Shown: positions 1 through 8,846 of the stretch, piece after piece | Numbering within the stretch: the first letter of the stretch is position 1 | How the letters are laid out: every line of letters begins with the position of its first letter | Origin: Myxococcaceae bacterium | Lineage (GTDB): Bacteria > Myxococcota > Myxococcia > Myxococcales > Myxococcaceae | DNA length: 64,000 nt | Reading direction: 5' to 3' | Assembly (NCBI GenBank): GCA_046351675.1 | Contig: JAXLYB010000002.1 | Span: forward strand, 1 to 64,000 | Notes under the pieces: model-generated | Databases searched by the model: none | What the model saw: only the letters and a program-made list of their open reading frames with translations | Told to the model about the DNA's origin: nothing | Position numbers and translations under genes: made by a program

Positions 1-25
1 CTCTCCCCCCTGGGGAGAGGGGGTG
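1..25. repeat. REP-like palindromic element (partial, at the window edge)
   Basis: ctctcccccctggggagagggggtg. It supplies the GGAGAG Shine-Dalgarno sequence upstream of the GTG at 25. Confidence 0.5.
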
Positions 26-96
26 TGGACGCACCAGGTTGGGGCACCGGTGCGCCAGCGCGACGCAGCGGCGACGAGGGTCCGCGCGTTTGGGCC

Positions 97-2292
97 ATGG
101 CACGACGCTGGCTCTGCCTCGAGCGCATGGCCGACCGAGACAGCAGAGAGCGCGACATCCTGGTGGCGTCGAACGAGTACGCCTACGTGCAGGACCTCAC
201 GAAGGGCGACATCGTCCTCTACGTCGGCCCGACGAAGATCTCCCTCAGCAACACCGAGCGCCTCGTCGAGCTGAAGAACGACCGCTTCTCCCCGGTGCGC
301 AACGAAGAGGGCAGCGGCGTGCAGCCCTTCGTGACCGCGTCGAGCACGCAGTACGTGGTGCTCGAGAACCCGGCGAAGGACGTGGGCGTGAAGCCGGTGA
401 AGGGCAACAACAGCGCGGTGGAATTGCTGACCGGCCGCCGCGTGGTGGTGCCTGGACCCGCGACGTTCCCGCTCTGGCCTGGCCAGAAGGCGCGCGTCGT
501 CGCCGGGCACGAGCTCTTCGAAGACCAGTACCTGCGCGTGCGCGTCTACGACTCCGTCGAGGGTGAGAAGGCGAGCATCGGCGCCGAGCGCATCGTGCGC
601 GGGTCTGATCAGAGCTTCTTCATTCCGCGCACCGGCCTCGAGGTCGTGCCCGACGAGAAGGGCGGCTACGTGCGCAACGCCGTCACGCTGCTCGACGGCC
701 AGTACTGCGTGCTGCGCGGGCCGCGCGGGCGCCGTCGCTTCGAACGGGGCCCCGCGGTGGTGTTCCCCGAGGCGTGGGAAGACTTCGTGGTGAAGAACGG
801 CGCGCGCGTCTTCCCCGCGTGGCCGCTCAAGCGCGACCGCGGGCTGCACGTGCGCGTGCTGCAGGGCTTCGAGGCGAAGGAAGGCGACGCGGTGCCGGCG
901 GGCCGGTACGAGGCGGGCCAGGAGCTCTTCGTGCACGCGCGCGAGGGCTTCTTCTTTCCCACCGAGGCGCTCGAGGTTTTGGGGGAAGTGCACGCCGTGC
1001 AGCTCGCGGCGAAGGAAGGCGTCTACCTGCGCGACCTGCAGACGGGCGCGGTGCGCACGGTCGAGGGGCCGGCGGCGCTGTTGCCCGACCCGACGCAGGT
1101 GGAGCGCGTGTCCCGTCCGCTCGACGCCGAGACGGTGAAGCGGTGGCGGCTCGCGAAGAGCGACGGCACGCGCGCGCCGACGGTGACGGTGCCTCCGGGC
1201 GAGGCGGTGCTGGTGACGGGCGTGCTCTCGCGCGAGGTGGTGCGCGGGCCGGCGGTGCGGGTGCTCGCGTTCGACGAGACGCTCGAGACGCTGGAGCTGT
1301 CGACGGGCACTCCGAAGAGCACCGACGCGCTGCTGGCGACGTGCTTCCTGCGCGTCGAGGGCAACAAGGTGAGCGACCTGGTGCAGGTGCGCACGTCGGA
1401 CCACGTCGAGCTCGAGGTGCGGCTGTCGTACCGGGTGAACTTCGTGCACCGCGAGGGGGTGGACGACGCGCGGTGGTTCTCGGTGTCGAACTACGTGGGG
1501 CTCTTGTGCGACCACCTCGGGAGCCTGGTGCGCGCGGCGGTGCGGTCGGTGCCCATCGAGCGGTTCCACGCGGCGAGCGCGGAGATCCTGCGGACCGCGG
1601 TGCTCGGTCAGAAGCCGGGTGATGGGGCGCGGGCGCGGGTGTTCGAAGAGAACGGCATGAGCGTGTACGACGTCGAAGTGCTCGACGTGAGCATCCTCGA
1701 CGAGGCGGTCGAGACGTTGCTCACCGACGCGCAGCGCACGGCCATCACCGCGGAGGTGGCGCGGAAGCGCGAGCAGCTGCGGCTGCAGACCGAGGAGACG
1801 CGCGAGGCGGTGGCGCGGGCCATCTCGGCGGCGCAGCGCGAGACGCTGGTGGTCGAGACGGAGCTCGAGGCGAGCCGGCGGGCGCTGTCGGTGGCGAAGG
1901 TGGAAGCGAAGGCCGAGGCAGCGCGGCTCGAGGCGCTGGGGAAGGCGCGCGCGACGGCCGATGCGCTCGAGCTGCAGTCGCAAGCGGAAGCGGCGGCGGG
2001 CGCGCGGCGCGTGCAGGTCGAGAAGCAGCAGCTCGACGCGCGGGCGGAGGCGTTCAAGGCGCAGATGGCGGCGCTGCACCCTGAGCTGGTGGCGACCTTG
2101 AAGACCCTGGGGGATCAGCAGTTCGCGGCGTCGTTGACGTCGAACTTGTCGCCGCTGGCGATCCTCGGCGGCAAGTCGGTGGCCGAGGTCGCAGAGCGGT
2201 TGTTGGCGGGGCTGCCGGCGAAGTTCCCGTCCCCCCTCTCCCCCGATGGGGAGAGGGTCGGGGTGAGGGGAGACGCTGCAGAGCCCAGGTGA
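97..2292 (+). CDS. Major vault protein (MVP) homolog. The alternative starts are the GTG at 25, which has a Shine-Dalgarno sequence from the upstream REP element, and the ATG at 127.
   Basis: Full-length collinear similarity to eukaryotic MVP. N-terminal MVP-repeat region: YAYVQDLTKGDIVLYVGPTKISL vs human [22 protein letters not shown]. Shoulder domain: FSVSNYVGLLCDHLGSLVRAAVRSVPIERFHAASAEILRTAVLG vs [44 protein letters not shown]. Ala/Glu-rich cap-helix coiled coil. Cap-ring tail: LTSNLSPLAILGGKSVAEV vs LKSTLITDGSTPINLF. The last ~15 codons run into a REP element. Confidence 0.8.
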   Translation: MARRWLCLERMADRDSRERDILVASNEYAYVQDLTKGDIVLYVGPTKISLSNTERLVELKNDRFSPVRNEEGSGVQPFVTASSTQYVVLENPAKDVGVKPVKGNNSAVELLTGRRVVVPGPATFPLWPGQKARVVAGHELFEDQYLRVRVYDSVEGEKASIGAERIVRGSDQSFFIPRTGLEVVPDEKGGYVRNAVTLLDGQYCVLRGPRGRRRFERGPAVVFPEAWEDFVVKNGARVFPAWPLKRDRGLHVRVLQGFEAKEGDAVPAGRYEAGQELFVHAREGFFFPTEALEVLGEVHAVQLAAKEGVYLRDLQTGAVRTVEGPAALLPDPTQVERVSRPLDAETVKRWRLAKSDGTRAPTVTVPPGEAVLVTGVLSREVVRGPAVRVLAFDETLETLELSTGTPKSTDALLATCFLRVEGNKVSDLVQVRTSDHVELEVRLSYRVNFVHREGVDDARWFSVSNYVGLLCDHLGSLVRAAVRSVPIERFHAASAEILRTAVLGQKPGDGARARVFEENGMSVYDVEVLDVSILDEAVETLLTDAQRTAITAEVARKREQLRLQTEETREAVARAISAAQRETLVVETELEASRRALSVAKVEAKAEAARLEALGKARATADALELQSQAEAAAGARRVQVEKQQLDARAEAFKAQMAALHPELVATLKTLGDQQFAASLTSNLSPLAILGGKSVAEVAERLLAGLPAKFPSPLSPDGERVGVRGDAAEPR
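2233..2271. repeat. REP-like palindromic element
   Basis: cccctctcccccgatggggagagggtcggggtgagggga. It overlaps the 3' end of the MVP gene. Confidence 0.7.
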
Positions 2293-2354
2293 GCGCAGAC
2301 GCACCGAGGCTGCTGGAGTCCTGACTTCAGGCGATTGGCGACGTCGCAGGTGAC

Positions 2355-2390
2355 TCCCCTCACCCCACCCTCTCCCCAAGGGGGAGAGGG
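2355..2390. repeat. REP-like palindromic element (inverted relative to 2233)
   Basis: tcccctcaccccaccctctccccaagggggagaggg. Confidence 0.7.
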
Positions 2391-2393
2391 AGA

Positions 2394-2828
2394 TCAGGCC
2401 AACACGGCGCGCGAGGCAGTCGACGCTTCGCGCACCGGCTTCGCGCGCGCCTCGAACAGCGGCGCATACGCCGCCCGGTAGCTCCACGCGAGCCACAGGT
2501 GCGCACCGAGCACGAACACCGGCGCCCCGAGCTGCCCGAACTCGACCAGCGTGTGGAAGCCGATGATGTTCACCGTCACCGGCGCCAGCACCACGAGCGC
2601 GAGCGGCACGAAGCGGTTGGTCAACAGCGCGACGCCCACCGTCAGCTCGACGATCTTCACCAGCGTCATCACGTACGTCGCCGCCAACGCCGCCGACCAC
2701 TGCGCCGCGAGCCCCTCGTGGGGCGGCATCGGCGCGAGGTGCAACAGGCCCATGAGCCCGGCCGAACTCAGCAACAGGCCCAACAACACGCGGGGAACGG
2801 CGACCGGCAGATTGAGCTTCGAAAGCAT
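2394..2828 (-). CDS. DoxX family membrane protein
   Basis: Four hydrophobic helices and a DoxX-like N-terminus (MLSKLNLPVAVPRVLLGLLLSSAGL). Start chosen at the internal Met of ORF 2394..2891. Divergent from a LysR regulator gene. Confidence 0.7.
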   Translation of the reverse strand: MLSKLNLPVAVPRVLLGLLLSSAGLMGLLHLAPMPPHEGLAAQWSAALAATYVMTLVKIVELTVGVALLTNRFVPLALVVLAPVTVNIIGFHTLVEFGQLGAPVFVLGAHLWLAWSYRAAYAPLFEARAKPVREASTASRAVLA

Positions 2829-2925
2829 GTGTCTCTCCAGGTGAAAGGTTCGACCGGGAGATAAGGTCGTTGCTCCAGCAGCACCAGCCATGGCACCGGC
2901 AACTCTTTGTTGCTACTTCAGCAAC

Positions 2926-3873
2926 ATGGACTGGAGCCGCGTCCCCGTCTTCCTGAAGGTCGTCGAGACCGAGAGCATCACCCGCGCCGCCGAAGCGCTG
3001 CGCCTGCCGAAGTCGTCGGTGAGCCGCACCGTCACCGCGCTCGAGCGCGACCTCGAGACCCAGCTGCTCACCCGCACCACCCGCCAGCTCAAGCTCACCG
3101 ACGCCGGCCGCCAGTTCTACGAGCGCGCCAAGGCCGCCCGCGCCGCCCTCGAGGAAGCGACCGCCGAGCTCGCGCACCAGAGCGACGACGCGCAGGGCGT
3201 GGTGCGGGTCACCGTCGCACCGAACGCCTGGCCCCTGAGCATCCTCTTCACGCGCTTCACGAAGGAACACCCGAAGGTGCACGTCGAGGTGCTCGCCACC
3301 AACCGCCACGTCAACCTCGTCGAAGAGGGCATCGACCTCGCCATTCGCGCCGGCTCGATGCCCGACAGCTCGCTCATCGCCCGCAAGATCGCGACCTCGG
3401 AGCTCGGGCTGTTCGCGTCACCCACCTACCTCGCGCGCAAGGGCACGCCGCGCCGCGTGGAGGACTTGAACGAGCACGAGGTGGTGATGTTCCGCGCGCG
3501 GCACGGCGCTGCGCAGCTGCGCCTGAGCGGCCCCGAGGGCGACGTGGTGGTCGCGGTGCAGGGACGCGTCAGCGCGGACGACCTGAGCTTCGTGCGCGCG
3601 TTCATCACCCTCGACGCGGGCATCGGGCTGTTGCCGCTCATCATGTCGGCCGGGCCGCGGACCGACGGGCGGCTGGTGCGCGTGTTGCCCGAGTGGAAGG
3701 TGAAGGGCTCGGGTCTGCACCTCGTGATGCCGGCTGCGCGGTATGTGCCGACGCGGGTCAGGTTGCTCGCTGATTTCATCGCCACGCACTTCGATGGGGC
3801 GCAGCTGTGCCAGGTGGCGAAGGAGCTGTCGGGGCCGTCTCAGGCGAAGAAGAAGGTGAAGCGGACAGCGTGA
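2926..3873 (+). CDS. LysR family transcriptional regulator
   Basis: N-terminal HTH (VFLKVVETESITRAAEALRLPKSSVSRTVTALERDLETQLLTRTTRQLKLTDAGRQFY) followed by a LysR substrate-binding domain. Divergent from its neighbour, the classic LysR arrangement. Confidence 0.85.
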   Translation: MDWSRVPVFLKVVETESITRAAEALRLPKSSVSRTVTALERDLETQLLTRTTRQLKLTDAGRQFYERAKAARAALEEATAELAHQSDDAQGVVRVTVAPNAWPLSILFTRFTKEHPKVHVEVLATNRHVNLVEEGIDLAIRAGSMPDSSLIARKIATSELGLFASPTYLARKGTPRRVEDLNEHEVVMFRARHGAAQLRLSGPEGDVVVAVQGRVSADDLSFVRAFITLDAGIGLLPLIMSAGPRTDGRLVRVLPEWKVKGSGLHLVMPAARYVPTRVRLLADFIATHFDGAQLCQVAKELSGPSQAKKKVKRTA

Positions 3874-3874
3874 C

Positions 3875-3911
3875 TCCCCTCACCCCAACCCTCTCCCCAC
3901 GGGGAGAGGGG
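3875..3911. repeat. REP-like palindromic element
   Basis: tcccctcaccccaaccctctccccacggggagaggg. Confidence 0.7.
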
Positions 3912-3919
3912 GCTATGAA

Positions 3920-4162
3920 GTGCACGTGACCCTCGCCCTGCTCATCGCGCTCGTGACCACCACCGACGCCGGCGTCCCCTCGTGTCGCACGGTCAAAGAC
4001 TGCTGGCTCGACCCGAGCGGCACCGCCATCGCGCGCCCGAAGAAGTTCACCGGCTGGTCGCTGCCCAGGCCCGACTGCGGCAAGAACCTGCTCTGGCTGC
4101 GCTACCAGCTGCAGTGCGTCGACCACGTGTGCACTTCGACGTTCCGCGGCGACGCCTGCTGA
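3920..4162 (+). CDS. Small Cys-rich hypothetical secreted protein (GTG start)
   Basis: 80 aa with a hydrophobic N-terminus (LALLIALVTT) and 6 Cys; GC3-biased. No recognisable family. Confidence 0.3.
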   Translation: MHVTLALLIALVTTTDAGVPSCRTVKDCWLDPSGTAIARPKKFTGWSLPRPDCGKNLLWLRYQLQCVDHVCTSTFRGDAC

Positions 4163-4183
4163 TCAGCGTGGTACAGGCCCCTG

Positions 4184-4693
4184 GTGGCCACGCGAAAACC
4201 AGCGAAGAAGAAGGCCGTAGCGAAGAAGGCCAAACCGGCGCCGAAGAAGGCCGCGCCGAAGAAGAAGGCCGCCCCTTCGAAGAAGCCCGCCGCCAGGAAG
4301 AAGTCGCCCGGCGCGCCGCGCAGCTCGCCCCCGCGCGCGCCCGTGCTCCAGCCCGACATCACCGCCCCGCCCGCCCCGCGCCCGGTGCGCGCACGCCGCG
4401 TGAGCATCGGTGAAGCGCTCGCACAGCTGAACGCCGCCACGCTCGAGGGCGTCACGAAGGAGCTCGTGCCCTTCGGCCTCAACCCCGACGCGCCGCTCAC
4501 GCCCTCGGTCTCGCTCGCCTCGCTGCTCGGCCCCGATGCGCGCCCGGTGAGCGCACTGATCTCCGCGCTCGAGCAGTGGGACGGCGAAGGTGCCGACCTC
4601 ATGCTGGTGAACGAGGCGTCCACGCTCCTGCGCGCCGAGCCGCGCGACCCCGCCGCGCTCGAGGCCTTCGTGCGCCGCAACTGCCTGGCATGA
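4184..4693 (+). CDS. Histone H1-like Lys/Ala-rich protein
   Basis: N-terminal 45 aa are an AKKAAPKK-type repeat region typical of bacterial H1/Hc1-like nucleoid proteins, followed by a globular C-terminal domain. Stop overlaps the next gene start. Confidence 0.55.
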   Translation: MATRKPAKKKAVAKKAKPAPKKAAPKKKAAPSKKPAARKKSPGAPRSSPPRAPVLQPDITAPPAPRPVRARRVSIGEALAQLNAATLEGVTKELVPFGLNPDAPLTPSVSLASLLGPDARPVSALISALEQWDGEGADLMLVNEASTLLRAEPRDPAALEAFVRRNCLA

Positions 4694-5508
4694 GCCGCGC
4701 GCGCCGCCCCGCGACGACGCCGGTGCTCGACCTCCGCTCGGTCGACGAGGGCCTGTCGACCGTGCAGCGCCGCTTCTTCGACGAGGCCCTGCCGCGCGAG
4801 GTGCACCTCGCGGCGTTCGAGCGCTTCGACCCCTCCCGCTACGACGACGCCGAGCTCCGCTGGGGCCGCGAGTCGTGGGAATTGCGCACGCTCGACGAGT
4901 ACCGCTCGCAGGTCGGCTTCACCGACTTCCTCCTGCAGCTCACCGAGCTCGGCGGCGCGTTCGACACGCTGACCGCCGCGGTGCGCGTGGTGCGCGACGA
5001 GGCCCGCCACGTCGAGCTGTGCCGCCGCCTGGTGCGCGCGCTCGGCGGCAGCGACGTGATTCCCGGCGAGCCGAACTGGGTGCGCGCCGACGTCACCGAG
5101 AGCCAGCGCGTGCGCGTGGTGATGATGATCACCGGCAGCCTCTGCATCGGCGAGACGCTCTCGACCGCGCTGCTCGCCGCCACGCGCGACGTCACCACCG
5201 ACGCCCTCGCGAAGGGCGTCGTCACCGCGCTCACCCGTGACGAGTCGTTCCACTCGCAGCTCGGGTGGACCCTGCTCGCCCAGCTCTGGCCGGTGCTCAC
5301 CGCGAAGGAGCGCAAGCGCGTCGAGCAGCGCATCACGTCCGACCTCCACAGCGCCCACGAGGCGGTGTTCGAGAACTGCGACGACGACTCCGCCGAGCCA
5401 CGCAACCCGTTCGGCCACCTGAAGACCGCCGAGCGCCAGGTCGTCTACGAGCGCTCGCTCGAGCGCGACGTGCTGCGACGCTTCGCGAAGCTCGGCATCA
5501 AGGCCTGA
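4690..5508 (+). CDS. Ferritin-like (diiron-carboxylate type) domain protein
   Basis: Two ExxH motifs (DEARH, DESFH) in predicted helical stretches. Start ATG overlaps the stop of the upstream histone-like gene. The antisense 480-aa ORF is an artefact. Confidence 0.5.
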   Translation: MSRARRPATTPVLDLRSVDEGLSTVQRRFFDEALPREVHLAAFERFDPSRYDDAELRWGRESWELRTLDEYRSQVGFTDFLLQLTELGGAFDTLTAAVRVVRDEARHVELCRRLVRALGGSDVIPGEPNWVRADVTESQRVRVVMMITGSLCIGETLSTALLAATRDVTTDALAKGVVTALTRDESFHSQLGWTLLAQLWPVLTAKERKRVEQRITSDLHSAHEAVFENCDDDSAEPRNPFGHLKTAERQVVYERSLERDVLRRFAKLGIKA

Positions 5509-5510
5509 CC

Positions 5511-5538
5511 CGACCCACCTCCCCTCGGGGGCAGAGGG
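5511..5538. repeat. REP-like element, degenerate
   Basis: cctcccctcgggggcagaggg. Confidence 0.4.
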
Positions 5539-5566
5539 CGACATGGTGCGTGCGTCGAGAAGGTCT

Positions 5567-5605
5567 TCCCCTCACCCCGACCCTCTCCCCCTCGGGGGAG
5601 AGGGA
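5567..5605. repeat. REP-like palindromic element
   Basis: cttcccctcaccccgaccctctccccctcgggggagaggg. Confidence 0.7.
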
Positions 5606-5701
5606 GACAGGCGCCACCGCGTTCTGAGGTTGAACTCACGAGGGCGGCGGGGCTCAGATGGCGCGGTGCGCGTCCCCGTCCCCCTCCGTCATGCTGCGCG
5701 G

Positions 5702-6232
5702 GTGCTGAACCACGGCCCGACGACGCTGATCAGCTCCGCCGCCGGCGGCCGCCGCAACGTGATGGCCGCCGCGTGGACCATGCCGCTCGACTTCGACCCA
5801 CCGAAGGTCGCCGTCGTCATCGCCGCCGACACCTTCACGCGCGAGCTGGTCGACGCGTCGAAGGAGCTGGTGGTGCAGCTCCCCACGCGCGCGCTGCTCG
5901 ACGAGACGTGGGCGGTCGGCACGTGGTCAGGCCACGACGGCGACAAGTTCGAGCGCCTCGGCCTGAAGACCGCGGCCGCGTCGAAGGTGCAGGCGCCGCT
6001 GCTCGAGGGCTGCGTCGCGTGGCTCGAGGGCAAGGTGCTGCCGCAGCCGCAGCTCGAGAAAGACTTCGACCTCTTCCTCGTCGAGGTCATCGCCGCGTGG
6101 GCCGACGACGCGGTGTGGAGAGACGGCGCGTTCCACTTCGACGGCGCGCCCGACGCGCTGCGCACCCTGCACCACACGACGCGTGGCCGCTTCTTCGTCA
6201 CCGGCGCGGCGGTCGAGGCGAAGAAGCGCTGA
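5702..6232 (+). CDS. Flavin reductase-like (FMN-binding split-barrel) domain protein
   Basis: The sequence NHGPTTLISSAAGGRRNVMAAAWTMPLDFDPPKVAVVI matches the flavin reductase domain signature. GTG start at 5702; the alternative is GTG 5666. Confidence 0.7.
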   Translation: MLNHGPTTLISSAAGGRRNVMAAAWTMPLDFDPPKVAVVIAADTFTRELVDASKELVVQLPTRALLDETWAVGTWSGHDGDKFERLGLKTAAASKVQAPLLEGCVAWLEGKVLPQPQLEKDFDLFLVEVIAAWADDAVWRDGAFHFDGAPDALRTLHHTTRGRFFVTGAAVEAKKR

Positions 6233-6235
6233 GCG

Positions 6236-7396
6236 ATGGGGCGACGACTCGCGCTCCTGGCCGTCGTCGCGCTGGTGGGCATCGCGTGGGCGCTGGCCTC
6301 CACCGCGCCCGAGGAGCCAGCCGTCGCCCCTCCAGCCTCTGCGCCGCCGAGTCCGCCGCCACCGCCCGAAGCCGCACCCGACGCCGCGGTCGACTTCGGC
6401 CGCGCGTTCTGCCCACCTGAGCGGCTCCCCGAGTTCAGGTCTCGCTTCACCGGCGAGCGGGTAGTGGGCGACGTGCTGCGCGACGGCGGCGTGTGGCTTC
6501 ACGCCGAGCTGCCCGCGGGCCCCGAGACCGACGCCCGCCTCGCGCGCAACGAGGAGCCCGTCTTCGCGCTCGCGAAGGGCCTCACCCACGCGCTCGACCC
6601 GAACGTCGACGAGAGCCTCGCGGCGCTGCGCGCGTTCTTGTCGGCGCACGACGACCCCGCGGTGCGCGCGCTGGTGGCCCGGCTCGAGGTGGCCCGCGAC
6701 ATCCGCAAGGACTACGTGGTCGAGGTGGCCGACGGCGGGTTGACGCTGGTCGTGCCCCCGAGCGTGACGCCCGCCGAGCGCGCGCGCCGGTTGGAGCGCA
6801 CCGCCGCGACGCTCGACGAGGCCGCGACGTGGCTCGGCGCTCCGCGGCGCAGAGGCCTCACGCTCGTGCTCTACCCGTCGCGGTCCGAGCTCCTCGCGGT
6901 GAGCTGCCACCCGTTGTGGACCGGCGGCTTCTACGACGGCTCGGTGGCGTTGCTCGTCACCAGCCCCGAGCGCGCACACCGGCACGAACTCCTCCACGCG
7001 ACGCTGGCGACGCTCGGCTTCTCCGCGCCCATCTGGTTCGAGGAAGGCGCCGCGCAGACCTTCGAGCGCAAGCCGCCCGACGCCGTGACGTGGCGCCAGC
7101 TCGTCACGTCACGCACGTGGATTCCCTTCGACTCGCTCGAGCGCTCGCTGGGTGAGTTCGACACCGCCGACGCGCGCCTCGCGTACGCGCAGTCACACGC
7201 GATGGTGCTCTTCCTCGAGCGCTGCGCGGGCTCGGGCGGCCTCGTCACCGCGGCGCACCTCGCGACGTCGCGTCAGCGGCTCGACGCCATCTTCACCAGG
7301 GTGTGCGGCCAGCCGCTCAGCGGCCCCGAGCTGCTCGACTTCATGCAACGCACGCTCAGCGCACTGCCCCCAGCGACTCCGACGACACCCAATTGA
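6236..7396 (+). CDS. Secreted putative zinc metalloprotease (HExxH ... E)
   Basis: Signal peptide (MGRRLALLAVVALVGIAWALAS) and a Pro-rich linker. HELLH motif followed by WFEEGAAQ, a zincin-like arrangement as in DUF1570/peptidase-MA-like proteins. Confidence 0.55.
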   Translation: MGRRLALLAVVALVGIAWALASTAPEEPAVAPPASAPPSPPPPPEAAPDAAVDFGRAFCPPERLPEFRSRFTGERVVGDVLRDGGVWLHAELPAGPETDARLARNEEPVFALAKGLTHALDPNVDESLAALRAFLSAHDDPAVRALVARLEVARDIRKDYVVEVADGGLTLVVPPSVTPAERARRLERTAATLDEAATWLGAPRRRGLTLVLYPSRSELLAVSCHPLWTGGFYDGSVALLVTSPERAHRHELLHATLATLGFSAPIWFEEGAAQTFERKPPDAVTWRQLVTSRTWIPFDSLERSLGEFDTADARLAYAQSHAMVLFLERCAGSGGLVTAAHLATSRQRLDAIFTRVCGQPLSGPELLDFMQRTLSALPPATPTTPN

Positions 7397-8846
7397 GCGT
7401 CACGCGCACGGTGGCGCCGGTCACCGAGCGGTCGAACAGGTCGTCGTCGAACTTGGCGCGCCGAATCGCCATCACCAGGTCGGCGCCGAGCGCGAGGGGT
7501 CCCCAGATGCGCACCAGCGGGCCCGCGGTGACGTAGCTGATGCTCTCCCAGCCGGTGGGCCCGACGTACACGCCGCCGAGGAACCACGAGCGGCCGACGA
7601 CGCGCAGCCACGCGCGGTCGTTCCAGATGAGGCGCGCCTCGAGCGTCACCTGTCCGCCGGGCCCCACGTGGTAGTCGCGGCCGATGTCGTCGAGGCCGAG
7701 TGAGCCCGCGCTCGAGAACGGAACGCCCGAGAAGATGCCGGCGAACTGCAGCGTCAGCGTGTCCGACAGGCGGGTCTGCAGCGAGGTGCCGAACCCGAAG
7801 CTGACCGCCGAGATGCGCACCAGCGACGCCGCCGAGAAGTCGTACTGGCCGAAGACGCCGTACACGCCACGCGTCGAGGCGCCGAGCGCGAACTGCCCGC
7901 CGTAGAGCAACCCGCGCATGAAGAGCGAGACCACCGTCTGGCCCGGTGCGCTCAAGTTGAAGTCGAGATCGAAGTGCGAGAACGGCGCGCGGTACGTGAA
8001 CTTCGGGTCACCCGGCGTGCCGTAGGTGACGCGGCCCTGCACGTTCACCTGCGGCGCGAAGGACTGCACGATGGCGAAGCTGTTGGGGTCGCGAAACGCG
8101 CTGCCGAAGTTCGCGCCCGCGCCGAGCTGCGCGAAGAACGGCGGGTGCTCGTCGACGTCTTCGGCGTCGAGCGTCTCCGAGAAGAGCCAGCGGTTGAGCT
8201 GCCCGACGGGCTCGATGAGGAACGCGAAGATGCTGCGCAGCCACTGTGGCCCCGGGCCTTCGCGCAGCACGAGCAGCGAGGTGCGGTGCAGCACTTCGCC
8301 GAGGTACGTGCCGCCGAGCGGCGTGGTGATCTGGTCGTTGTAGCTGGGCGCGTCGATCTCGAAGAACTCTTCCCACGTGAGTGAGGCCATGAAGGCGTAG
8401 CCGAAGCTCCACCAGAAATTGAGGCCACTCGACCGCGCGGCAGTGAAGGCGATGGAGCCCTGGTACGGGTGGCCGAACTGGTTGATGGCGAAGGAATCGA
8501 CGTCGAACTCCCACGGGCGGCGACCGTCGAAGTGGCTGGCCACCGAGTCGACCGACACCTGCGCGAAGTCGGACCGCAGGAGCAGGTTGTTGAGCGACGC
8601 GAGAATGAAGTGGAGCGCCTCGGTCTCGATGATGGGCAGCAGCACGTGGTACCGCTTCTTCACCTTCGGCGGGATTTCCCCGGGCTCGACCTTCGGCGGG
8701 AGCGGCAGCGAGATGACCGGCTCGGCGCGCGGCGCATCGTCGGGGAGCGCGGCCACGCCGGCATCGACCTCTTCGGGCGGCGGGAGGTCCTGCGCGCGCG
8801 CGGCGCTGATCAACAAGACGCTGATCAGCAACGACGAGCGGATCAT
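7356..8846 (-). CDS. Secreted hypothetical protein
   Basis: Signal peptide (MIRSSLLISVLLISAARAQD). 496 aa, Gly/Phe-rich with beta-rich character. No family assigned with confidence. Confidence 0.55.
   Translation of the reverse strand: MIRSSLLISVLLISAARAQDLPPPEEVDAGVAALPDDAPRAEPVISLPLPPKVEPGEIPPKVKKRYHVLLPIIETEALHFILASLNNLLLRSDFAQVSVDSVASHFDGRRPWEFDVDSFAINQFGHPYQGSIAFTAARSSGLNFWWSFGYAFMASLTWEEFFEIDAPSYNDQITTPLGGTYLGEVLHRTSLLVLREGPGPQWLRSIFAFLIEPVGQLNRWLFSETLDAEDVDEHPPFFAQLGAGANFGSAFRDPNSFAIVQSFAPQVNVQGRVTYGTPGDPKFTYRAPFSHFDLDFNLSAPGQTVVSLFMRGLLYGGQFALGASTRGVYGVFGQYDFSAASLVRISAVSFGFGTSLQTRLSDTLTLQFAGIFSGVPFSSAGSLGLDDIGRDYHVGPGGQVTLEARLIWNDRAWLRVVGRSWFLGGVYVGPTGWESISYVTAGPLVRIWGPLALGADLVMAIRRAKFDDDLFDRSVTGATVRVTLNWVSSESLGAVR

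Noticed and set aside
2272-2354. About 80-bp spacer between two inverted REP elements downstream of the MVP gene, considered as a possible vault-RNA-like gene
   Set aside because: It has no pol-III-like or conserved structure, and similar short spacers occur between other REP pairs. There is no evidence for an RNA gene.
4102-5544. 480-aa ORF on the minus strand
   Set aside because: It is antisense to the histone-like and ferritin-like genes. Its poly-Phe/Ala stretch is just the reverse translation of the AKK repeats. A typical high-GC shadow ORF.
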